Assembly: GCA_018821245.1 (NCBI GenBank)
Contig: JAHJMO010000002.1
Coordinates: forward strand, 9,231-73,230
Length of the DNA stretch: 64,000 nucleotides
Direction: 5' to 3'
DNA from: Patescibacteria group bacterium
Lineage (GTDB): Bacteria; Patescibacteriota; Microgenomatia; UBA10105; UBA927
Notes under the pieces: model-generated
The model's database searches: none
What the model was told of the DNA's origin: nothing
The model's input: only the letters and a program-made list of their open reading frames with translations
Shown here: piece after piece, positions 1 through 8,931 of the stretch
Numbering within the stretch: the stretch's first letter is position 1
Layout of the letters: every line of letters starts with the position of its first letter
Translations under genes and position numbers: made by a program

Positions 1-610
1 TTCTCACCTTGCTTTGCACTATTGTATCAGAAATTCTGCCTATCGCATCCTCCAAAAACCCTTGCGTGACAAGCCTGCGGCCTTGTTCTTCACGTATTCC
101 CCTGGTCTTCAGATACCAAAGGGTTTGGGGGTCAACCGTGGATGTAGCGGCCGCGTGTGTACATCGGACATCGTTGGCAAGTATCTCCAATTCGGGCCGG
201 GTTTGGACACGGGAGCCATCCGACAGAAGTAAATTTTCGTTCCTCTGGCAGGCATCAGTCTGTTGCGCGCTTTTCGCTACACGAATCATCCCGTGATACT
301 GAAAACTTGCTCCCTCCCACAGTACACTCTTAACAAGAAGCCTGCTTGTAGCGCGGGGTGCCTCGTGAAGCTGTACTGTCTCCAGCGCGAAACGCTGCTC
401 CCCCCTGCCTACGACTATGGCGATAATATCTGCCTTTGCGCGTTCCCCCGCCAATCGTACGTTCAGGCGTATGGTGTCGGACCAGTCTCCCTCTACCAGA
501 AGAACAAGCGTCAGATCCGCGCCCCTGCCCACGACATACTCATCGGCGATGTGCCGGCCAACCTCTAAGAAAATTGTTTTTTTCTCACTTTTACCGATGT
601 GAAAACTCAT
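1..610 (-). CDS. sufD: SufD-like Fe-S assembly protein (runs off window at its 3' end)
   Basis: Manual translation from ATG 610: ...FQYHGMIRVAKSAQQTDACQRNENLLLSDGSRVQTRPELEILANDVRCTHAAAT...LWYLKTRGI; follows sufB; missing from the ORF track because no stop lies in the window. Confidence 0.85.
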   Translation of the reverse strand, partial: MSFHIGKSEKKTIFLEVGRHIADEYVVGRGADLTLVLLVEGDWSDTIRLNVRLAGERAKADIIAIVVGRGEQRFALETVQLHEAPRATSRLLVKSVLWEGASFQYHGMIRVAKSAQQTDACQRNENLLLSDGSRVQTRPELEILANDVRCTHAAATSTVDPQTLWYLKTRGIREEQGRRLVTQGFLEDAIGRISDTIVQSKVR

Positions 611-616
611 ACTGAT

Positions 617-2008
617 TTAACCAACGCTTCCCTCTATATAGAGCTGGATGAGTCGGTTCATTTCTACAGCGTACTCAAGAGGAAGCTCTTTGACGACTGG
701 CTCTATAAATCCGTTGACGATCATCGACTGGGCCTGGGCGCCGGAAATTCCGCGGCTTTTGAGATAAAAGAGCTGTTCCTCACCGATTTTGGAAACTGTC
801 GCCTCGTGCTCCACCCCGGCGTCATGTGCTTCTATACGCATAATGGGATACGTATCCGAACGGGACGAACGATCCATGATAAGCGCGTCACAAACAACAT
901 GACTTTTGGCGGCCGTTGCTCCCCTGGGAATTGCTACCAATCCACGATATGATGTTCTGCCTCCATTCCTGCTGACTGACTTGGAAATAATATGCGATGT
1001 CGTCTCCGGGGCTAAATGCACGGCTTTGGCGCCGGCATCCTGATGCTGACCCCGCCCTGCGTAAGCAAGGGAGAGTATGTCTCCCCGCGCCTTGCGGCCG
1101 ACGAGATAGACACTCGGGTACTTCATGGTAAACCGGCTTCCTAAATTGGCATCTACCCACTCCATGACGCCCTCTTCCTCCACGCGCGCCCGTTTGGTCA
1201 CGAGGTTATAGACGTTGGTACTCCAATTTTGAATCGTAGAGTACCGGACTCTCGCACCTTTTTTGACAATAATCTCCACCACTGCAGAATGAAGCGAACT
1301 TGTGGAATACATAGGGGCAGAACAGCCTTCAACGTAATGCACGAAGCTTCCCTCCTCTGCAATAATGAGCGTCCTTTCAAACTGCCCCATGCGCTCGCTG
1401 TTAATGCGGAAATAGGCCTGAAGCGGGAGTTCTATGCTCACACGAGGGGGAACATACACAAATGAGCCCCCTGACCATACGCTTGTATTGAGCGCGGCAA
1501 ATTTGTTGTCAGAAGGCGATACAACGGTGCCAAAATATTGCCTGATAATATCCGGATATTCTTTAAGCCCAGAGTCCATATCCAAAAAAATCACACCTTT
1601 TTTGGCAAGCATGGACTGAATACTTTTATATACTACCTCCGATTCATATTGAACGCTGACCCCCGACAGGAATTTTTTCTCTGCTTGGGGAATACCAATT
1701 TTGTCATACGTGTCTCTGATCTCATCCGGCAATTGAGACCAGGAATCCGCCTTATGATCGATCGGCTTGACGTAATAATAGATATCGTCAAAGCTCGCGT
1801 CGCCAAGCTCTAAAGCCCAGGGGGGCAGTGCGCGTTTACGGTATATTGCCAGACTTTGCAGGCGAAGATGCCGCATCCAGTCCGGCTCATTTTTGTGGCC
1901 GCTGATTTGCTTAACCACCTCTTCATCAAGCCCTTTTTTGGCTTTGAACACATATTTCTCCGGTTTGCGAAAACCGAGTGTATAATTATCAAATAATGCT
2001 TTTTTCAT
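617..2008 (-). CDS. sufB: Fe-S cluster assembly protein SufB
   Basis: QYESEVVY, GQFERTLIIAEEGSFVHYVEGC, LFYLKSRGI motifs; start placed at MKKALF (2008). Confidence 0.95.
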   Translation of the reverse strand: MKKALFDNYTLGFRKPEKYVFKAKKGLDEEVVKQISGHKNEPDWMRHLRLQSLAIYRKRALPPWALELGDASFDDIYYYVKPIDHKADSWSQLPDEIRDTYDKIGIPQAEKKFLSGVSVQYESEVVYKSIQSMLAKKGVIFLDMDSGLKEYPDIIRQYFGTVVSPSDNKFAALNTSVWSGGSFVYVPPRVSIELPLQAYFRINSERMGQFERTLIIAEEGSFVHYVEGCSAPMYSTSSLHSAVVEIIVKKGARVRYSTIQNWSTNVYNLVTKRARVEEEGVMEWVDANLGSRFTMKYPSVYLVGRKARGDILSLAYAGRGQHQDAGAKAVHLAPETTSHIISKSVSRNGGRTSYRGLVAIPRGATAAKSHVVCDALIMDRSSRSDTYPIMRIEAHDAGVEHEATVSKIGEEQLFYLKSRGISGAQAQSMIVNGFIEPVVKELPLEYAVEMNRLIQLYIEGSVG

Positions 2009-2840
2009 TATTAATATATTTACCGTATCCTTCTTTTTCAATTTGTTTGGCTAAATCTGCTTTGCCGCTTTCGACAATTCTGCCTCCTACCAACACATGC
2101 ACGAAGTCCGGCTTGATATACCGCAGGATCCTTTGGTAGTGGGTAATGATGATTATGCCGGAGCCGCCTTTCTGAAGCTTTAGGATGCCTGCAGCTGCTA
2201 CCTTCAGCGCGTCGACATCAAGTCCTGTATCTATCTCGTCAAAAATGGCAAATTTCGGCGAAAGGACGAGCGCCTGGAGCATCTCCGACTTCTTCTTCTC
2301 ACCGCCGGAAAATCCATCGTTGACGGCCCGCTCCAAAAATGACCGATCTATATGAAGGAAATCCGTGCGGGACTTAACTTTGTCCATAAACTCAGATACG
2401 GTAAGCCCTGCCGCCCGCCAGCGGCGCGCAAGAAGAGTGTTCTGGATAAAGGGTGAGCGGACTTTATCGACTCCTGCGGCCCGATGTGTTTCCTGATAGG
2501 AAGTCCGAAGCAGCGATAGTACCCCGACTCCGGCGATGGCAACCGGAGACTGAAATGCCAAAAATAACCCCAGTCCGGCGCGTTCATCTGTCGGCAAATC
2601 AACAATATTTCTTTTCCCGAGCCAAATTCCAGTCTTCCGTACGGTATACTGCGGACACCCCATAAGCGCCTGCGCAAATGTTGATTTTCCGCTGCCGTTG
2701 GGGCCCATGATCGCATGTACCTCGCCGCTTCGCACGGAAAGCGAGATGCCTTTGAGGATTTCTTTTTTCCCTGCAAAGACCCGCAGATTGGTAATCGTGA
2801 GTTTTTCGCCCTTACCGGATTTTTGACGCTTTATGCTCAT
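1989..2840 (-). CDS. sufC: Fe-S cluster assembly ATPase SufC
   Basis: Walker A GPNGSGKS, VNDGFSGGEKK, DEIDTGLDVDAL, ITHYQRIL. Confidence 0.95.
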   Translation of the reverse strand: MSIKRQKSGKGEKLTITNLRVFAGKKEILKGISLSVRSGEVHAIMGPNGSGKSTFAQALMGCPQYTVRKTGIWLGKRNIVDLPTDERAGLGLFLAFQSPVAIAGVGVLSLLRTSYQETHRAAGVDKVRSPFIQNTLLARRWRAAGLTVSEFMDKVKSRTDFLHIDRSFLERAVNDGFSGGEKKKSEMLQALVLSPKFAIFDEIDTGLDVDALKVAAAGILKLQKGGSGIIIITHYQRILRYIKPDFVHVLVGGRIVESGKADLAKQIEKEGYGKYINNEKSII

Positions 2841-2849
2841 GCTTTCTCC

Positions 2850-3644
2850 TTATAACCTATCGGACACTGTGTCTTTTTTGCCCATATACACCTCGCAAAC
2901 CCCATGCATACGCAGGATAAAATACTCCTTCTGCGCCATCGGGTTGCCTTTCAGCGACAGGAGCGCATCAATTTCTTCCGTTGCCGCACCATAGGCGCCG
3001 ATGGCCTGCGCCTTCTTTTTGACAACCTTGTGGATATTAATTACGGTAGTAACGGATTTATCGGGTATTTCCGCCCAAAACCGGCCGGACGGATCAACGC
3101 GTATGACTTTCTGCTTCTTCAGATACGCTATGACAGAGGCCGGCAAACAGGCGTAATATAACTTCACATCCTGCGTGGTCTCCTTTCTGCTTTCGGCAAG
3201 GGTCTGCCTTTCCCAAAACCGTTTACCCCGCTGTCCCGGAACCTGCACGGTGGAAATGCTTTTGGCATATTTTTGAAAAACAAACGTCGCAGCCAATGAC
3301 GCTTTCTTGTGGTCCGGATGACGGGTAATACCACCCGGCTCAAGCGTAATGACCACGTCAGGACCATAATCCTTTACTATCGGGAACAATGTGCCCTCCA
3401 ACTCGCCCGGCGAAAGGAGCGCAAGGGCGCCGGCATCATAATCCAGAACGGTATACGTACCGATGTTCAGTATTTCTGCAGTTTTCCCGGGCGTGGGATC
3501 GGAAAATTCGCATTCGCCGGACTTCCCGCGTGAAGCACAAATCAGATGTATATCCCATCCTGCTTTGGAATATTTTGCTATCGTTCCTCCGGCAAACAAA
3601 GACTCGTCACCGGCGTGTGCAACAACGAAAAGCAGCTTCTTCAT
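2850..3644 (-). CDS. PIG-L/LmbE-family deacetylase-like protein
   Basis: N-terminal VAHAGDES.AGGTIAKY and internal HPDH motif. Confidence 0.75.
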   Translation of the reverse strand: MKKLLFVVAHAGDESLFAGGTIAKYSKAGWDIHLICASRGKSGECEFSDPTPGKTAEILNIGTYTVLDYDAGALALLSPGELEGTLFPIVKDYGPDVVITLEPGGITRHPDHKKASLAATFVFQKYAKSISTVQVPGQRGKRFWERQTLAESRKETTQDVKLYYACLPASVIAYLKKQKVIRVDPSGRFWAEIPDKSVTTVINIHKVVKKKAQAIGAYGAATEEIDALLSLKGNPMAQKEYFILRMHGVCEVYMGKKDTVSDRL

Positions 3645-3704
3645 GCATGCTATGGTACTGCATTTTTCGAAAAAAGAGAAACCCTGCTTCCTTCTTGCCT
3701 CCCC

Positions 3705-5396
3705 CTAACCGGAAAGCATGGCCACAATCTCATTTTTAATGCTCTCCCGGCCCTCCCTATCCGTGGGTACAAACTGTAGAAGCATTTCCATTTTGCCCGT
3801 CAACTTCTTATACATACCCGGTCCATACGCGCTATCTATGAGGCCTTCCCATTGCTCTTCTTTTTGGGAAATGTACACGGCTCTCATCTCATGCATGGAT
3901 ACACGCTTCAGGATCTCCATGAGCACCAGGACTTCCTCGTCATACGCATACGAAAGCGGTGCCGAACCGGAAAACTGGCCAAGGTATGTGTGTGCAAAAA
4001 AATCCGTCATTGCTTCGTTATACACGTCCGGCAGAGTCGCATCTTTCTGATAAGAGTAATAATGCAGTAACTCGTGAACCGCAATGGTCAAATAGTGCAA
4101 CAGCTTCTTCTGATCGCCGGAGTATTCCATGATAATGCCGTCGGGCGGGTGGAAAACGCCTTCTTCATAAACCGGTGTTCTGGGGTTCTTCCTGAAATCT
4201 TCGTAGGCTTTCTGCCAGGATCCTAAAACCTCCTGATAACGGGACAAGGAAAGGCGGGTTTGATTGACATACTCCTGTATTTCAGTATTTGCCTGATCGT
4301 ATTTGGAAAGTTCACCCTCCCAACGCGAGCGTTCATCCGTACAATACTGATCGTCTTCTCCTTTTACACGCCGGCAGGAGTCATACCACCGGGAAAGACG
4401 CGACGCAGAGGAAGCTTTGCTTTCGTCGTTGGAACGGACGGCTTCTTCGTTTGTAATAATATTGTTCTGAAGGTCCGAAACAGCTTTTTTGGCCTTCGCT
4501 ATCCCGGCAAGTAAACGGTCTCCCTGTTCTTTTTCCTGATCAGTGCGTATCTTAAGATAGTCTTCCGGCAAAGCTACAGCGATGGAATAGTCCGACCCCT
4601 TGACGCTCACAACGTCAGGCAAGCCCCTTGCAACGACGTGGTACGCAAGGATGGGAACAACGCGCGAAACCATGTCAAATGAAACACGCTGGACGGCAAG
4701 AATATAATCCGAAGGAATGTAGACTATGTCAAACGGTAGCGCATCCTGCCACTTCTGTAGTTCCATGGAAGACTTGTCTATGATATCCCGCAATATATAA
4801 GCTTCATAAAACGTCTTCTTCTCAAAATTATCCAACGAAAACCGCGCGTACATGAGATCTTTGGCAAAATCGTCGGAAGCGTCTATGATCCTGGGTACCT
4901 CACTCTCCACCGACAACACATCTTCCACCTGGCTAACACCGATTATCATTCCATCTTCGGGTGAAGGATAACTAAAGCGCTCTTGTTCTGCGCGCATTGA
5001 TTGCCGCGCTTTACTCCTAAGGGCTTGCGTCACGCCAACATCTGCGATCACTATGACGAGAAAAATAGCCGGCGTAAATAACAGGAGACAAGCACTCCAC
5101 CGCAGGCGGCGCCGCGCCCGCATATACAACGATAGTGCAATCGAACAGATAACTCCGGCAATAATGCCAAAGATAACTGCGTAAGCGAGTGGCGCTATCG
5201 GGTGAGCTCCCAGTATTTCGCCGGGCAGACGTAAAAAAAGAGAGATGCGCTGGGGCTGGGCTATATACGAACGCGCCGTTGTGGCATAAGAATATTCTAT
5301 GCTCGGAAGAGCTACGGAAATAAATGCAAACAGGATCCCAAAAAGGATAGTACACCACCGAAAAATACGGTCGGCATGTCCAGTGTTTTGCTTCAT
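3705..5396 (-). CDS. Membrane-anchored coiled-coil protein with C-terminal HExxH zinc-peptidase-like motif
   Basis: Three hydrophobic N-terminal segments, heptad-rich middle, AVHELLH...YNEAMTDF; start MKQNTG 7 nt after TACACT. Confidence 0.65.
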   Translation of the reverse strand: MKQNTGHADRIFRWCTILFGILFAFISVALPSIEYSYATTARSYIAQPQRISLFLRLPGEILGAHPIAPLAYAVIFGIIAGVICSIALSLYMRARRRLRWSACLLLFTPAIFLVIVIADVGVTQALRSKARQSMRAEQERFSYPSPEDGMIIGVSQVEDVLSVESEVPRIIDASDDFAKDLMYARFSLDNFEKKTFYEAYILRDIIDKSSMELQKWQDALPFDIVYIPSDYILAVQRVSFDMVSRVVPILAYHVVARGLPDVVSVKGSDYSIAVALPEDYLKIRTDQEKEQGDRLLAGIAKAKKAVSDLQNNIITNEEAVRSNDESKASSASRLSRWYDSCRRVKGEDDQYCTDERSRWEGELSKYDQANTEIQEYVNQTRLSLSRYQEVLGSWQKAYEDFRKNPRTPVYEEGVFHPPDGIIMEYSGDQKKLLHYLTIAVHELLHYYSYQKDATLPDVYNEAMTDFFAHTYLGQFSGSAPLSYAYDEEVLVLMEILKRVSMHEMRAVYISQKEEQWEGLIDSAYGPGMYKKLTGKMEMLLQFVPTDREGRESIKNEIVAMLSG

Positions 5397-5434
5397 CTTC
5401 TCCAGTGTAACGCAAAACGTAGTACAATCACACC

Positions 5435-6310
5435 ATGGAAAGCGTCCCAATACTTTATCCCGATACCTGGACCGAGTATGAACTTATAGACACAGGCGAC
5501 GGAGAAAAGCTTGAACGGTTTAATACTGTTCTCACTATCCGTCCGGATCCGAGAATAATCTGGAAAAAAAGCGAGCCTGCTACCTGGAAAGACGCTCATG
5601 CACTTTACCGGCGACACGATGAAACCAAAGGATCATGGGAAAAAGAAGAGAATCTTCCTACCCCATGGCTCATCCATTACCGCAATCTCACCATGGTATT
5701 ACGTCCTTCTGCGTTTAAACACGTCGGAATTTTCCCTGAACAGGCGGTCAATTGGGACTGGTGTACGAAACAAACAGACAACAAACCACTCCGCATCCTT
5801 AACCTCTTTGCCTATACCGGAGGAGCCACCCTCGCGGCAGCTGCGGCGGGCGCTCATGTCACACACGTGGATAGTGTCAAAAGCACGATCGCGTGGGCCC
5901 GCGAAAATGCAAAACTTTCCGGCCTGGACACAAAACCTGTGCGATGGATAGAGGATGACGCCTATGCCTTTGTTCTGCGGGAGGGACGAAGAAAAGCTAT
6001 GTATGATGCACTCATCATGGATCCGCCGCGCTTCGGACGCGGACCAAAAGGACAGGTATGGAAGCTGGAAAACGATCTGCCAAAGATGCTTGCCGCATGC
6101 ACTAGTATTCTTTCCCCAAATCCTGCTTTTATTCTCATCAACGCGTACACTGCGGACCTTTCCTCTATCGCGCTGGGAGAGTTACTTGCCGATTTCACAG
6201 GCCGTTTCGACGGCCGCGTAGACGCGGGTGAACTGGCGCTTCGACAGTCGCGCGTGGAGAGGCTTCTCCCGAGCGGCATCTTTGCCAGATGGACGGGAAT
6301 TAGTTATTAG
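5435..6310 (+). CDS. Class I SAM-dependent methyltransferase (RlmI/RlmK-like)
   Basis: LNLFAYTGG, KHVGIFPEQ and MDPPRFG motifs. Confidence 0.85.
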   Translation: MESVPILYPDTWTEYELIDTGDGEKLERFNTVLTIRPDPRIIWKKSEPATWKDAHALYRRHDETKGSWEKEENLPTPWLIHYRNLTMVLRPSAFKHVGIFPEQAVNWDWCTKQTDNKPLRILNLFAYTGGATLAAAAAGAHVTHVDSVKSTIAWARENAKLSGLDTKPVRWIEDDAYAFVLREGRRKAMYDALIMDPPRFGRGPKGQVWKLENDLPKMLAACTSILSPNPAFILINAYTADLSSIALGELLADFTGRFDGRVDAGELALRQSRVERLLPSGIFARWTGISY

Positions 6311-6345
6311 TTATTAGTTGTTGGTTATTAGTTGCTTGGTTATTG
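6301..6345. repeat. Degenerate heptamer tandem repeat (TAGTTAT)n between convergent genes
   Basis: tagttat tagttat tagttgt tggttat tagttgc ttggttattg. Confidence 0.75.
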
Positions 6346-6348
6346 CAA

Positions 6349-6717
6349 TTATTGTTTTGGTTTGGTTTGCCTCACGCGAATTTTATCCAGAGAATATTTG
6401 ATTGCGCTGTCCAGATTAATCTTCTTGATCCGGGCAAAACGGATGATTGCGACCAAAATGTCCCCCAACTCCTGCTCGTATTGCTCGTCTTTTTGGGCGG
6501 AAATGTTGGTGGGCTTGCGTCCGTGCTTAGCAAGGTATGCCCTCGCCATCTCGCCTACTTCCTCGACAATTGTCAGAATAAGCATGGAACCCCATTCCTG
6601 CGTACTACGGACTTTTTTGTCGATCTGGTCCAATTCATGAAAATACGCGCCAAACGGGGTTTTGAGAAATTTTTGGCCTTTGGGCTGATTTACTAGTTTA
6701 GACGGCGATTGGTCCAT
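6349..6717 (-). CDS. MazG-like nucleotide pyrophosphohydrolase
   Basis: IVEEVGEMA...EQELGDIL motifs; start MDQSP 6 nt after TATAAT. Confidence 0.85.
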   Translation of the reverse strand: MDQSPSKLVNQPKGQKFLKTPFGAYFHELDQIDKKVRSTQEWGSMLILTIVEEVGEMARAYLAKHGRKPTNISAQKDEQYEQELGDILVAIIRFARIKKINLDSAIKYSLDKIRVRQTKPKQ

Positions 6718-6816
6718 AAGATGATTATACCGCAACTTGCGGATGTCTGTTTGAAATTGCATTTGTAGCGGTATTGTGGTGTGATAAATATAGATCGGGG
6801 GTGAGGAAGTATGTGC

Positions 6817-7011
6817 ATGGAAAAAAGCTGTAAAAAAATGAAAAAATATTTCAGCAAATATCCCATGTTTAACGGCGCCATCCATGTGATCGGCGGCATA
6901 GGGATAGGGACACTCATAACGTACCCGTTCGTAGGGCAGCACCCGGTGCGTTAGGGAGTAACGCTGGTTATTTTGTCAGCGCTTGGCCACCTGTGGGCAG
7001 CGACCAAATAA
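6817..7011 (+). pseudogene. Small membrane protein interrupted by an in-frame TAG
   Basis: MEKSCKKMKKYFSKYPMFNGAIHVIGGIGIGTLITYPFVGQHPVR*GVTLVILSALGHLWAATK; TAG at 6952-6954. Confidence 0.55.
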
Positions 7012-7266
7012 ACTGCGAAGTTCGATTTTGGCCTTATTGAGGATTGTTTTGCGTGACGGCGGTAAATTTTTACCGGCGCGGTTTATATAGAAATTCAGCA
7101 TGCTCATGGCGGATTGAAAAGGAGAGGCTTTTCTCCGCAGTGAGTTATCAGCGGAATTTTTGAGAGAAGCAGCAATTTTCTTCGGATCATCCCAAGTAAA
7201 TACCCCATCCTCCAGATCCAAGGCAACACTGTGCTTCGTGACATAGTCAGACCAGTTTTTTGATAT
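6976..7266 (-). CDS. DUF3175-like small protein, apparent ATA start
   Basis: LDLEDGVFTWDDPKKIAASLK...FQSAMSMLNFYINRAGKNL; frame is open back to ATA-TCA-AAA-AAC-TGG at 7266. Confidence 0.7.
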   Translation of the reverse strand: MSKNWSDYVTKHSVALDLEDGVFTWDDPKKIAASLKNSADNSLRRKASPFQSAMSMLNFYINRAGKNLPPSRKTILNKAKIELRSLFGRCPQVAKR

Positions 7267-7316
7267 AAGTGGTTAGAGTATAGCTTAAATCTCAAAATTG
7301 GTGTTATGATGTGGCT

Positions 7317-7808
7317 ATGTTAACGCTGATTCTTCCGGGATATTCGCCGGCAAACAGGCAATGGGCTCTAAAAGTAAAAGAAAATTTGAAATTGCCCGGT
7401 GAAGTCATCGTGCATGAGTGGCAACATTGGAGAGACGGAAAGAGTTTCAATCTTAAATACGAAGTAGATCAAATACTGGCAATCATCGGCAAACAGCAAG
7501 TGAATTTTATCGCCAAATCAGTCGGAACGAGAGTGCTCATGGCGCTTTTGCCGAAAATCAATAAGCAGGTGCAAAAAGTAATCCTCTGCGGCATACCGAT
7601 CGATCCGTTAAGGTATGTAAAAGGTATTAAATTGATTGGCAGAGATCATCTGCTCGTTGTCCAAAATTCGCAAGATCCCCTGATGCCGTATAAATTAATT
7701 GAAACGTACATCCATTTAATCGATAAAAAAATAAAAGCGGTTGAAAAGGAAGCCAAAAACCACGACTACCCATATTTTGACGATTTCCAAAGATTCTTGA
7801 CTATCTGA
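7317..7808 (+). CDS. Small alpha/beta-hydrolase-fold protein
   Basis: LPGYS N-terminus, IAKSVG nucleophile elbow, QNSQDP, C-terminal HDY. Confidence 0.7.
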   Translation: MLTLILPGYSPANRQWALKVKENLKLPGEVIVHEWQHWRDGKSFNLKYEVDQILAIIGKQQVNFIAKSVGTRVLMALLPKINKQVQKVILCGIPIDPLRYVKGIKLIGRDHLLVVQNSQDPLMPYKLIETYIHLIDKKIKAVEKEAKNHDYPYFDDFQRFLTI

Positions 7809-7825
7809 ATATTCAACTCCTTCTG

Positions 7826-7863
7826 CTACAAAATTTTCACGCCATGGCATGACTTTTTTGTAG
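7826..7863. repeat. 38-bp imperfect palindrome, copy 1 (3' side of the PaaX/Cas2-like gene)
   Basis: ctacaaaattttcac-gccatggc-atgacttttttgtag. Confidence 0.9.
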
Positions 7864-7888
7864 TAACTATTCAGGACAACAATCTCAA

Positions 7889-8587
7889 TTAGGCTATACC
7901 AAAATAATCCCGATAAGGCGAATCATCTTCTAGAGTCGTTGCGACAATATACAATACCTCGTTGCCTACACCATAATATTCTTTCAGAAAAGTCACCTGT
8001 TTTTCACAAGGATATGGATATAACCAAACGCTTTCCTGCAGCTTACAAAATCCTAAGGCTCGCAACGCTTCGCGAAAAACATCGCGCAACCGTTTTTTTC
8101 TGTTTTCCACATCGTAGACAATCAGCCTCCAACGACCGTCCCATTGTCTAGGCTTTTCGATAGATAATTCATCGAGAGCATATTTTAAAATTCTGCGCTT
8201 ACCCGCTTCTGAGAGAACTACTACTTCCTCACCGTTTTGCCCCTTAATTTCAACATATTTTTGCTTATGAAATCGTTTAATCGCTGAACGTAAATACGAA
8301 GGATTATATTGCTTCCAAACTTCATATTTCTTTCGTCGTTCTTCGTCCAAAAAAGGCTTTGCCAATATTGCGGCGGATGGCGAAATAAACGACAATCCTA
8401 CTACACCAGCTAAACCGAGAAACGCAAGAATATGCTTAACTGGAGCGTAGCGGCGATGAATTTCTTCCTGATGAATCTGTTTTGCCAGAATCGTTGATAG
8501 CTCTGCAATTCTTTCATCAGAAGGAACTGTAAGCTGTGTATCTAATCGTAGTCGTTTCTTTTGCTTGATTGTTCTTATTGATACCAT
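7889..8587 (-). CDS. PaaX-family protein with Cas2-like C-terminal domain
   Basis: Winged-helix-like segment (LRSAIKRF..QKYV...LSEAGK) followed by WDGRWRLIVYDV...RDVFREALRALGFCKLQESVW. Confidence 0.8.
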   Translation of the reverse strand: MVSIRTIKQKKRLRLDTQLTVPSDERIAELSTILAKQIHQEEIHRRYAPVKHILAFLGLAGVVGLSFISPSAAILAKPFLDEERRKKYEVWKQYNPSYLRSAIKRFHKQKYVEIKGQNGEEVVVLSEAGKRRILKYALDELSIEKPRQWDGRWRLIVYDVENRKKRLRDVFREALRALGFCKLQESVWLYPYPCEKQVTFLKEYYGVGNEVLYIVATTLEDDSPYRDYFGIA

Positions 8588-8621
8588 AAACAAATTTATC
8601 TTTTAATTCACTTTCTTCATA

Positions 8622-8659
8622 CTACAAAATATTCACGCCATGGCTTGGGTATTTTGTAG
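8622..8659. repeat. 38-bp imperfect palindrome, copy 2 (5' side of the PaaX/Cas2-like gene)
   Basis: ctacaaaatattcac-gccatggc-ttgggtattttgtag; same orientation as copy 1. Confidence 0.9.
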
Positions 8660-8831
8660 TATACCCTATTTATTAAGCTGGTGACAAGTGACGGCAAGCG
8701 AATAAATGATGACAATAATAATCAAGTAAGTGAGACGAAAGAAAATTTGAGGTATAATATGATCTTAAGTAAGGTTACTTAATAAGTATAGGCAGTTTCT
8801 GATTTCGACTGTCATAAATTGGGATCTTGGC

Positions 8832-8902
8832 TGGGAGATCGTCCAATGGTAGGACAACAGACTCTGGATCTGTTTATCTAGGTTCGAATCCTAGTCTCCC
8901 AG
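8832..8902 (+). tRNA. tRNA-Gln(CTG), CCA not encoded
   Basis: Acceptor TGGGAGA/TCTCCCA, anticodon arm ACAGA-CTCTGGA-TCTGT, T arm CTAGG-TTCGAAT-CCTAG. Confidence 0.95.
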
Positions 8903-8931
8903 CCTAGATCCTAACGTGGGATGTACGCATA

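Noticed and set aside
1-610. Frameshift in sufD
   Set aside because: Rechecking the G run near 400 shows one continuous frame from 610 to the window edge.
6718-6942. N-terminal extension of the MazG-like ORF
   Set aside because: Antisense to the small membrane gene; a TATAAT box 6 nt before ATG 6717 marks the likelier start.
7826-8659. CRISPR array or CRISPR-Cas locus around the Cas2-like gene
   Set aside because: Only two repeats ~760 bp apart, no spacer-sized intervals, and no cas1 or effector genes.
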